Of a stretch of 64,000 bases of DNA, positions 13,402 to 23,749 are shown one piece after another. The stretch's first letter is position 1, and each line of letters starts with the position of its first letter. The DNA is taken from contig OZ024741.1 of assembly GCA_964016885.1 (NCBI GenBank), positions 147,932,001 to 147,996,000 of the forward strand, given 5' to 3'. Origin of the DNA: Eledone cirrhosa (Eukaryota). Under the pieces are notes generated by a model. It ran no database searches and was not told the DNA's origin. It was given only the letters and a program-made list of their open reading frames with translations. The translations under genes were made by a program, and so were the position numbers.

Positions 13402-13985
13402 TTGTCAAAAAATGACACAATAATAAATATAAAAGATGTCTGTCAATGTAAAAAAAGGTCCCTATTTACTCCCTTCACAACTGTATGTATGTTAGACTGA
13501 CAGACCGGCACACAGACAGATAAACTGCGTGGCGATTGTGGAACGCCACACATACACATACATACGCGCATGGAAACGCGCACACGCACGCCAACTTACA
13601 CACACACCCGTGCACTTACACACACGCACACACTCACACATGTTGATAGTTTTTACTTTCTGTGGAACGCTGCACGCACGCACACACACATAAACATACG
13701 CGCACGTACATACACACGCACACATGTTAATAGTTATTGCTTTCCCTCCCCTCTTATTTCCACACATATCACACATGTCTCTACACTGACACATATACAT
13801 AGTGTATCCAACACAGCGTTCACTTTGCCTCTCTGTTTCTTACTCTCCCCTCTCACTCCCTCATTGGCATTATGCATATTAATTTAAGTTTGGCGTCGTT
13901 GAGGTGGACGGAGTCGTTTGAAACCTATGAACCAATGATAATCGAGAATTATGACACACGGAATACTGACATTGTTGCATTGTCC

Positions 13986-14760
13986 TTAATTGTAAGTTGT
14001 GATGTTGCTGTTCCACTCATGTTTTCTATTTAATTTTGGTTGGAGTTCATTTATGTTTATTGCCTCTGTGATTTGTCTAAACATTGCGTCTTTTCTGTGT
14101 GTAGATTCTATTTTTATTTCTATGTTCTCTAATTTACCCTTATGTTCTATTTTAGCATGTTGGTAGAGTACAGATGATTCTTTACTATCTTGAAGGTCTC
14201 GCCAGTGTTCATTTATCCGTTCCCCTATACTACGAGCTGTCTCACCTATGTACACTATATTTTTATCTCTACGTTGTCCTTCAGTACATCTTATACTATA
14301 TACTACATTTCTAGTTTTACAGTTAATATGGGGGCTTAATTTACTGATTATACATTTCTTATCTATACAGGGAGGTCTTTGAAAAGGGTATGTATTGCTA
14401 ATAAGTGTTTTTATGGAGGTACCTGGTCTTTCTACTATCTTAATATTGAGTTTATGTTTATCTAGGGCCTTTCTAAATTTGTAAGCTAATTCACCTCTAG
14501 GTGTATCTATAAACATTATCGATAAACATTACACTCTGGTATTTATGGCTATCATACCATGAGTTTATTCTATTAGCCTTATTCCTAGTTCTTTCTATTC
14601 TATTCCAAAATTTGCTCCTATACAAGGAGCAGGTCCCATTTGTGTCGTTATTTAACATTTTTTCCCATTTGGTTCTGGCTCCTCTATATACTCTGATTTT
14701 ATCTCTCTGATTGTAACCAGAGAACTGCATACGGTGGATGAAGTGTTGTATGTGTCTCTC
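13986..14760 (-). mobile_element. Penelope-like element 3' fragment (RT linker plus GIY-YIG endonuclease)
   Basis: NVVYSIRC...IVYIGETARSIGERINEH...RQITEAININELQPKLNRKHE; upstream MQFSGY linker; frameshift near 14515. Confidence 0.85.
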
Positions 14761-14761
14761 T

Positions 14762-15010
14762 AGTTCTTCGTCAGCGAGGTCCTCGGCCAGAGAGGTCGAA
14801 CATGACGTTGCCCGTCTGAGGAAGGTGCCCCGCGAGTTGGGGTGGCTGTTGCAGCGGGTGTCGCGGGCAATTGTCTGTGGGAAAGCTCTTGCAGTCTTTT
14901 CCGTGGGGCGCAGCTCCAACACCGCCACGCCCTGCGCCCAGAGCCCATCATCTTCCTCTTCCCTCTTCCATTTTCTTTTACACTAGAGCTCTTGCTTTTC
15001 CCTTCCTTTT
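14762..15010 (+). mobile_element. CRE-like non-LTR 3' end remnant, 5' side cut by the Penelope fragment
   Basis: PRELGWLLQRVSRAIVCGKALAV, homologous to the RLE tail at 3890-4180. Confidence 0.6.
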
Positions 15011-15061
15011 CCATTTTTAAATATTGATAAAGTTATTTTCACTGAAAAAGAAAGTAAAAAT

Positions 15062-15180
15062 AATTGTTTCTACTTTTGGCACAAGGCCAGCAATTACTCA
15101 GTACATTACTGGTACTTTATTTTATCGACCCCGTAAGGATGAAAGGCAAAGTTAACCTCGACTGGATTTGAACTCAGACC
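15062..15180 (-). mobile_element. SINE fragment ~180 bp upstream of GPCR1 (also at ~33735, ~47110, ~61410)
   Basis: Same SINE body as 2200-2385. Confidence 0.8.
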
Positions 15181-15360
15181 AAAAAAAGTAAAAATAGTAA
15201 TGTGTTAACTATATTGACGTAATCTGCGAGAGTAATGCGTAAGGTTTCAAACAGATTCTTTCATTAAAAAGTTGATACACAGCGTTCTCTATTTGTGATT
15301 CAACCAGATATTTTCGAAGCTGCAAGAACTAATTCAAAAATTTGGAAGAAAGAAAAAAAA

Positions 15361-16380
15361 ATGGATGAAAACCTTAATCCCCTCCACTGTGCTAATACGT
15401 TAGAGGAGTTAAATGCTGGACATGTGAATGTTTTGTTTCCAGTAATAATGTATCTGGCAATTCTGATGGCGGTTGGATCAGTTGGAAATATCTTAGTATC
15501 TTATATATACTATTTTAAATTTCAGAAAAATACCACAAATTTGTTCATTGTAGCACTTTCGATGTGTGATTTTTTTACTTGTACAATATGCATGCCAATG
15601 GAAATTGTGTATCTACATCATCCACACACATTTATCAGTAATGTTGCTTGCCGCCTCATGCGTTTTATTGTTGGTCTAATGGTAATCACTTCAGCATTTA
15701 TTGTATTCGTTATAGCACTTAATAGATACTCACTTGTGTGTCGACCTCTTAAAAAACAAATTTCTCAAAAGCAGTCAAAGATAATCATATTATGTGTACC
15801 AATCATCGCCGGTATAATGAACCTGCCAGCACTTTTTCTATACAGCACAAATAAACTGAAGGTAACAGGCTGTGGATATATTGGAAGTAGGTGTAGCACG
15901 ACTGATCATTTGCACGGTGCAAAATTGATTACGTTCTATTATGGTTTATTGACGTTTGTTTTTATTTCTCTGTTTATTTATCTCATGACAATTTATATCG
16001 TAATTGCAATACATATTCAGAAGCTTTCCATCAGGATGAACCGTAGAACCATAGCATCAGAAACTGAAATGACTTTTGCTTCACAAAATAGTGAAAGACG
16101 ACATAGGAATCGTTCATTGAACCCATCTAAAACCAATAAACTTTTGTTCACCATCACTGTCATCTGGATTATGAGTTATTTACCTCACCTATTTACCGCA
16201 ATATTCTGGAGGGGGAACAAACCAACTTCCATTCACACCGAAGGATCTGAATATTTTGTAATTTATATGTTATTAATGTATTCTGTTTACTTCAATTGTG
16301 GTGTAAGCCCATTTTGTTATGGAATTTATAATACGAAGTTTCGTATTGAACTACTGCAAATATTTCGCATTAATACCTGA
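15361..16380 (+). CDS. Class A (rhodopsin-like) GPCR, copy 1, 339 aa, single coding exon
   Basis: Seven hydrophobic segments; TM1 GN, TM2 LSMCD, TM3 Cys and NRY, ECL2 Cys, TM6 SYLP, TM7 SPFCY, helix-8 NTKFR; ATG at 15361. Confidence 0.93.
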   Translation: MDENLNPLHCANTLEELNAGHVNVLFPVIMYLAILMAVGSVGNILVSYIYYFKFQKNTTNLFIVALSMCDFFTCTICMPMEIVYLHHPHTFISNVACRLMRFIVGLMVITSAFIVFVIALNRYSLVCRPLKKQISQKQSKIIILCVPIIAGIMNLPALFLYSTNKLKVTGCGYIGSRCSTTDHLHGAKLITFYYGLLTFVFISLFIYLMTIYIVIAIHIQKLSIRMNRRTIASETEMTFASQNSERRHRNRSLNPSKTNKLLFTITVIWIMSYLPHLFTAIFWRGNKPTSIHTEGSEYFVIYMLLMYSVYFNCGVSPFCYGIYNTKFRIELLQIFRINT

Positions 16381-17499
16381 ATAACATGGTGAATTTCTTG
16401 AAAATAAATACAAAAGATCTCAGAATGTACTGTAACAAAAGTAAGCAAAAAAGGTTGTTGGTTATATGAGAGAATGTATGAATTACAAGTGAATTATGTA
16501 AGGTTAGTCTTCGAAAAGATTATAGAAAGAAAGAGTTGTGTATGAATGCGATGTGCGTGTGTTTTGTTCGTGTGTATGAATGTGAGACTAACGGAGGTTA
16601 CGGATGTTATCCTACCACCCTGCTCGATTGGCTTTACCCGTAAAATCTCTCCTATGATTATTTCCTTAACTTTCTAGCCACATTACCCAAATGGCAAATA
16701 TCCTTTGGATGGTTGCTTGTTTCCTGCATTTGTACAAAGTCTGCACTGGCTAATTCCCATGATACGCTATATCTAACATGAGCAGAATAACATCAAACAA
16801 AAGGGAAGTAAACTTGCCACAAACAAACAAAACGTAAATATATACCCGTAAAATCTCAGTCTTTTCACATATCTATCTCGACAAACACTCGTAATAAGGA
16901 GACAATGCAACATATGCTAAGATACTAGAATATGAAATCAACAATGAGAAGTAGTCTCTTCTGTATGAATGAGAGCTACTTCTCATCACATACATAGCCA
17001 GAAATTTACTACGGGTTGTAGTAAATTCTATTAAAAATATGTATCTAATATGATGAAGCAATAAAGAAGTTTTGATTTATTTTTCTAATGAAGAAAAAAT
17101 CGGTTCGGTACAATGTTATTTTCACACTTGTCTTGTTGATTGGTTTTGTTAGAATTTTGAAGGTGAAATTTGCTTTTACTATGATTTAAAAAATGTAATT
17201 TATACGAATATGGACTTGAAAACCATCGTAAATTATTCGTTTTCTGTGGTTTCACGTCGAAGAATTCCATCTTAGAGACGGTGTAATAATGAAAATTTGC
17301 CTAAAATCTTTCATTCCATTTGACAATTTTTGCGAGGAATTGCCAAAAGGTTTAAATATGTCCTATTTTAGCCATTGTGTTCTCATTGTTACTATATTTA
17401 CATCAAATCTTCAATTATTTCTCAAATTATCAATACAAGTATTTTGCAAAACAAACCATCATAAACCAATCTTCTCCAACCATATCTACTCTCTGCCTC

Positions 17500-18215
17500 A
17501 TCTTCCCAATCCTCAACACTAGTACTAAGTGTCTTCAGGTTGCCTTTGACAACATCCATGAAACATTTCCTGGGTGTCTGTCTGGGGCGTTGATCAAGAG
17601 TTCACCCTTCTTCGTTCACTTATTCCATCGGGTCCTGTCAGAAGCAACCGTTTCTAAATGATCTGGCTGGATCCCTAAGCGAGAACAGCGAAGCTGTTGG
17701 GCTCGGCGTAATGTTGCTCAGGAGGTGGTGTGTACAGGACCTTCGTCTTTTCTGTGTTGATAGAAAGCCCCAAAGCAGTCCATGCCCCAGGTCCATGATT
17801 GCCTGCATGTCCTCCTCGGTATGAGTTATAAGGTCTGCGCCATCATCATAGAGGAACTCTCTGATGAGAGACCAGAAAGTCTGCCAAGGTGAAAACCCTA
17901 ACCGTGGTCCTGAAACACAGATACACACCAGCATCGCAATTCTGAAACGTATACGTGAGAGTCACTGCAAAGAAGATAGAGAACAGAGTTGGTGCTAGGA
18001 TGTTCCCTTGCTTAACTCCATTGTCGATGGAAATGTGTTCAGGCAGAGAACCATTGAAGTTAAGCCTCTTTTAAAACTTGGTACAAAGACATGCAAAGTT
18101 CTAGTCATTGCTCCTGCAGCTGGCGAAGTTCAGGTCCGTTGTACCCTGCTCTACCTAAAGCAGAATTGTGTCTCCGGAATCACTCAGGGGCAAATTGCCT
18201 TGGTAAGCCTATTAC
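17500..18215 (-). mobile_element. Rearranged RTE LINE fragments (homologs at ~36230-37490 and ~49620-50550)
   Basis: LIREFLY(A/D)DDADLITHTEEDMQAIMD and GVKQGNILAPTLFS on the minus strand. Confidence 0.8.
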
Positions 18216-18229
18216 GAATTTCTGCAAAA

Positions 18230-19279
18230 ACTTTACCCACTCTTGAAAATGGACAAAATTTGGCATTGTGGTGTTATCAAGTATTCATATTGACATGGTT
18301 GCTACATTATGAGGACACACTCCAGCTTTTTTAACAGTGCAAAAGTGGGGCAGGTGAATTTAGGAGGGGAAAGGAGAGTCTTAAAGATGACCCAAGGTTT
18401 GGACGTCCTGCTACTGCCACCACCAAGGAAAACATTGATTGTGTTTATCACATGGTGATGGATTACAGCCAATTGCCTATAAATCAAATAAGCAATATTA
18501 TAAGCATTTCTCGTGAGAGAGTCGAGAATATTGTGCATAATGAACTTGGTATGATGAAGATTTTTGCTTTGTGTGTGCCACGTCTTCTGACACCTGATTA
18601 AATGCACACCAGGCTGATCACATCACAGGGAAAATCTGGTATAGTTTGAGGCAGACACAGCTGGTTTCCTTGAATGTTACCTAACCTAGGGTCAGTGTTG
18701 GGTTCATCACTTTGACCTAGACAAAAAGAGATAATCCATGCACTAGAAACACTTCTCCACCTGCTCCAAAGAAGGCCAAGGTCGTTTCATCTCCAGAAAA
18801 GGTGAGGACCCCACGATCAAAGGAGAGTATGATGCCAACTTGTTAAGGAAGTTACGAAAGGCTATCAAGACCAAATGCCCAGGAAAACTAAAGAAAGGGG
18901 TCTTGTTTCAGCAAGACAATGCTCCAGCACACAAATCCTTGGTTTCAATGCTCTGCATGACTGTGGCTTTGAAGTAGTTGATCACCCTCCCTATTCTCCT
19001 TAGTTGGCCCCATCTGACTATAATCTGTTATCCAACATGAAACAACACTAGGCAGGGAACCAGTATTGCAGTGATGATGACATCAACATCATATTTGCTG
19101 TTGATGACTTTTTTTACCAACAGGATGAAAGCTTCTTCACTAATGGAATCCAAGCACTGCTACATTGATGGAAGAGCAGTGTAGACCTCAAGGGAACTAT
19201 TTTGAAAAATAAACCTTATTTGGTGATATTTTATGAGAGTGTCTTGGTCATCCTATGAATTTTTCACCTAACCCTCATA
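18230..19279 (+). mobile_element. Decayed Tc1/mariner transposon (copies at ~37510-38559 and ~50555-51249, the latter 5'-deleted)
   Basis: ISRERVENIVHNELGMMK..WVPRLLTPDQ, QDNAPAH and HPPYSP*LAPSDY motifs; ends ...AACCCTCA|TA. Confidence 0.88.
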
Positions 19280-21058
19280 ATATAGCAAAATTGAATATGA
19301 AAATGAAATACATGGAGTGAGGGAGGTAAAAAGCATCCACCTTCCACTTCATCTAACCACGGCCAATGCAATTTTGTGCATAAACATGGTATTGCAGAAC
19401 ATTGAATCCAGGTTGTACAATAGCTTAGAACAAGCTGCCAGAAAGATGCATATACAACAATACAACAGTATACAGGAGTCAACATGTGAGGGTCTTTTGA
19501 CTAGGACAAAACGAGTTTGTAAACAAATGATAAAGTCTTACAACTGGAAACATGGCAGGATATGGTGCCAGTTGTGCATATATATATATTGATCAACAAC
19601 ATCATCTCACATCTATTTTCCATGCTTGCATAGATTAGAAGGGTTGTTACATTCTGAGACTAGGCAGGTCAGATAACTGTCTTACGCGCACACTCCATTT
19701 TGGCATGGTTGGCAATTGCTAATGCCAACCATTTCATGGCGTATGCATTTATACACACACATGTATGTATAATGGGCAGTCTCACATATATGCTGCAGAA
19801 TACCTACCCTATCAATGCTCATCCAACGCATGCAAGGATAGAAAAGCAACTGTAAAAAGGATGATGAAGGATAGGAAGAAAAATTACATTTTTCGGCAAA
19901 GTAGCCGTTAGCCTTTTGGGCTCCATGACAAGATTCATACTCATCATGGGGTCCTTTTTGTTACCTTTCCTGGTACTGAACACAAGAAGTGGTTTAAGGT
20001 CATTTCTTCTGCAAAGCAGCTGTTAGCCTCTTGTGCCCCATGAGAGGCTTCATACCCATAGGGTCCATTTTGATTGATACGTTTTCTGGTGCCAAACCTT
20101 TTCATCATCTTTTAAGACATGATGAGATGAGTGTATGGTGGTGTGATAAGATGAAGGCCATGTAAAAGGATATATTTCATTTTTGTGCTCCTTTTTGTGT
20201 TGGTAGGAAAATATAAATCATTACAGACTGTTTATCGGGTATGTAATGAAATACTTTCCACCAGCAAACTCATTCATTCTTCGTCCATTGAGCCAAGTTC
20301 TGAATAAACTTGATCTAAATAAAGACAGTTTTACCATGTTAAAGGATCTACAAACGTTAATGTCCCAAATTCTCTCGGTGAGTACATTGTTTTTTCAATT
20401 CTTTTGTTGAAGGCATGGGGCCTAGTAGTTAGGGTGTTGAGCTCAAAATCATAAAAACATGGATTTGCTTCCTGGACCAAGTGACATTTTCTTCAGCCAT
20501 ATACTTTATTTCCACATTGCTCCTTCTGCAATTAATATCAGCAATGGAAGAACTAATAGAAAAATTATTTCTTTGGTACAATTTAATGATTGGCTCTTTT
20601 CCTTTCATTGTCATATTTCTAATGAAAGAGACCTCCTTTGATTTTGAAAATAATCAAGAATTTGGAGGGATTTAGTAATTATAATTGTCTCATTACTAAT
20701 CTGGTGTTTGGAACGAATATAACAATGGTTCTTTCATCATCATTGTATAGCTGTGTTTCATGCTGGCATGGGTTGGACAGGTTGTCACTGTTTGAGACTA
20801 GATGGGTCTGAGAAACCTCATCTTGCTCATATATTCCATATTTGGCATAGTTTCTATAGCTGGATACCCTTCCTGACATCAATCACCTTACAGAGTACAC
20901 TGAGTGTATTTTATTGTTGTACCAGTAGTAAAGATGTTATATGCTCAGCCAGACTGCAGTGTCCTCTCTACTCTATTTTGTCTCTGTTTGATCACTAATC
21001 ACTTTACAGAGTTTACTGGGTGAATTTTAAGGTGACACTTATTTCCATTGGATTGACC

Positions 21059-21375
21059 TGTTGATGGAAGCAGTGTAATGTCCGAGAGTCAGACAGCTGT
21101 TGATGGAAGCAGTGTAATGTCCGAGAGTCAGACAACTGTTGATGGAAGCAGTGTAATGTCCGAGAGTCAGACAACTGTTGATGGAAGCAGTGTAATGTCC
21201 GAGAGCCGGATAATTATTGATGGAAGCAGTGTAATGTCCGAGAGTCAGACAACTGTTGATGGAAGCAGTGTAATGTCCGAGAGTCAGACAGCTGTTGATG
21301 GAAGCAGTGTAATGTCCGAGAGCCGGATAATTATTGATGGAAGCAGTGTAATGTCCGAGTGTGAAACTGCTGATG
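21059..21375 (+). repeat. 39-bp minisatellite, 8 units
   Basis: TGTTGATGGAAGCAGTGTAATGTCCGAGAGTCAGACAAC repeats. Confidence 0.95.
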
Positions 21376-22021
21376 GACTACAAGTGTAAATGAAGGTAAG
21401 CTGATTGACATCTAATCAACTAAATCTGGTGATGAATACCATAACCTATTAGTTCTTTAACCCATTTGTTACCATATTTCTTGTGGTGGTGGTGTGGGGC
21501 TTAGTGGTTTGGATGTTTGGTTCAGTCTTGTGTTCAATTCCTGGTGGTGCATTGTTCTTGAGCAGGACATTTCATGTTGTTCCAGTCTGCTCAGCTGGCA
21601 AAAATTCAAAAGGCCCAGCCTTGACACACAGTGTCATGTTGAATTAGGTTATGGGTACACATGTCTGCAGAATGTTCAGCCACTTGCATGTTAATTTCAC
21701 GAACAGATGGCTCAATTGATCATGGAGTCTCAACACACGCTCACACCATCTTAACTATAATAGAGGAGTGCGGGACAGCATCCAGAATATATTTTTTGTC
21801 CCGTTTGTAAAATAAGTTGGATTACTTTCAATAAATAATGAATGAATATTACATAATTTATGTACTAAATAACGTAACACATGATTAAAGATAAATACTG
21901 TTATTGCATATTTCAATATTCACTTCTTTTAAAAGATTCAAATTTCAATACATCCGGTATATCACCACCACCATATATATATATATAGAGAGAGAGAGAG
22001 ACAGAGCGAGAAAGAAAGAGA

Positions 22022-22960
22022 ATGTGTGTGAATAGAGAGATACAAAGTGACTATATGACATATAAAATGCCACACCTGGGCGAGAATACCACCAACGCTA
22101 TCCGCAAGGCTATACGGAGGGAGGGCCTCGACATCCACCTGGCCCACTCGATCCCCTCCCTGCGAAGATGCCTCTCCAGGAAACCCGGGAAATCAACTGA
22201 CGCGTGCTCTCTCAGAGACTGCCCGATGCGCCATGCGAACTGTTACCTACGCACATACGTCGTGTATAAGGTAGAATGTAACAAATGCAACCAATACTAT
22301 ATAGGTAGCACAATCCGGCCGTTGCACATGTGGATCAAGGAACACACTAAAACCAGGGCCTCGTCTTTCCGGAAACACATAGCCAAATGCGGAAACAAAG
22401 ACGGAAGGCCCATTGTCACAATTCTAGCGACAGAAAGAAACGTCGGCACGTTACGTATCAAGGAAGCATTTTGGATCAAACGCCTAGGGCCACAATTAAA
22501 CAACCGATCCGAGAGAAGCGAAATGAGGTGTTTGGTTTAAGTTAACAAACGATCAGCAACACACGCGCACACACAAGCGAGACAGCAACACACGCACACA
22601 CACACACACATTAACACTCCACCATACGAACATACTACACTGCCAATACAAGGCAACAACACACGCACACACACACACACACACAGTAACATTCAACAAA
22701 CAGGCAGAGAATGGACTGACAGCTAGCGCCACCCCACTCCCACAATTGAAAGAACTACTTCGGCCGCTGACCTCTGCCTAACCGACCCCATTTCACGCGC
22801 ACGCGCGCTCTGCTGAATACCTCAGATATTCAAAACAACGAACAGCAGAGGATACGTTTCGCACCTTTCCGACAGACAACCTTTCCCCCACCCCGCATAA
22901 TACCCCCAGTTGATGGATGTGAATCCGAAATATATAGGGACAATTGAATCTCTCCCAAGG
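22022..22960 (+). mobile_element. Penelope-like element 3' fragment (GIY-YIG ORF plus 3' region); full extent only in unit A
   Basis: VVYKVECNKCNQYYIGSTIRPLHMWIKEH...LRIKEAFWIKRLGPQLNNRSE; hammerhead-like motif downstream. Confidence 0.85.
22903..22940 (+). ncRNA. Degenerate type-I minimal hammerhead ribozyme motif
   Basis: CCCC-CAGTTGA(consensus CTGATGA)-T-GGAT GTGA ATCC-GAAA-TATA-TA-GGG; stem II closed by a GNRA loop; lies 3' of the Penelope GIY-YIG ORF. Confidence 0.55.
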
Positions 22961-23150
22961 TAACTCTCTCTCGTGTTGTTATTTTTATTTTTATCCTTTA
23001 CGCTCTATCCTTCATTCCTCTACACGTCTTATACACGCCACGCATTTCAACGTACACCCACTTACATCTCTCTCTCTACGACCGGATCCTGTTACCCGGA
23101 GATTTACCCATCTGCATTGTCGAGGCTTCCAAACGACTTAAAGAAATATA

Positions 23151-23201
<51 letters not shown>

Positions 23202-23749
23202 GGTTTTTCATGAAATCAGACACACTTGATTCTGAAAGGGTAAAATGGATTACTAACCCTAACCCCTAAACCATATTCCAGACATCCATACATTCCCAGG
23301 TATCTCTCTTCCCCAAATGCAAATCATTTCGCTGGCCTTCACAACGCATACATATTCTTTACTCTTGTTTTTCCCATGTTGGCTATTATGACTGTCTCTA
23401 CGAAATTAATCCCTTCCTCTCTCTTTTCGAGGTTTACGAAGGTAGATGAACATCTTCGAAATCCTAACATATTCGCCTTGTCTAATATACGTACTTGTAT
23501 CGGGTTATTTCACCCAAATCTCCTGGGATGATATAAGCCGCCATGATGGCTACCTATCTCACAATTTCTCTCTCCCCCCTCACACCACCATAGCCTATTC
23601 GACCAATCAAACCTCAGCAACATGCCCCCCACCCATTACCAACCCCAACAAACTCTGCCATTACTACTATTACTACTACTTTTCTTCTAACCATACCGTT
23701 ATGTATGGATGAGCTGAGGATAAATGGAGCAACCCCGAATTAATAAATG

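Noticed and set aside
15295-15360. N-terminal extensions in the ORF track (15295, 47389, 61689)
   Set aside because: They begin at GTG/TTG, and copy 2 has an in-frame stop just before the shared ATG, so MDEN is the likely start.
16403-16408. AATAAA just after the GPCR1 stop as a poly(A) signal
   Set aside because: It is changed to AATAAC in copies 3 and 4 and is common by chance in AT-rich DNA.
16873-17661. Short ORFs recurring in every unit downstream of the GPCR
   Set aside because: Recurrence reflects recent duplication; they are frameshifted between units and have no recognisable domains.
21059-21375. CRISPR-like appearance of the 39-bp repeats; GHYTA (USP His-box-like) in one minus frame
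   Set aside because: No unique spacers or cas genes in a eukaryotic context; the minus frame is bounded by stops with no other USP motifs.
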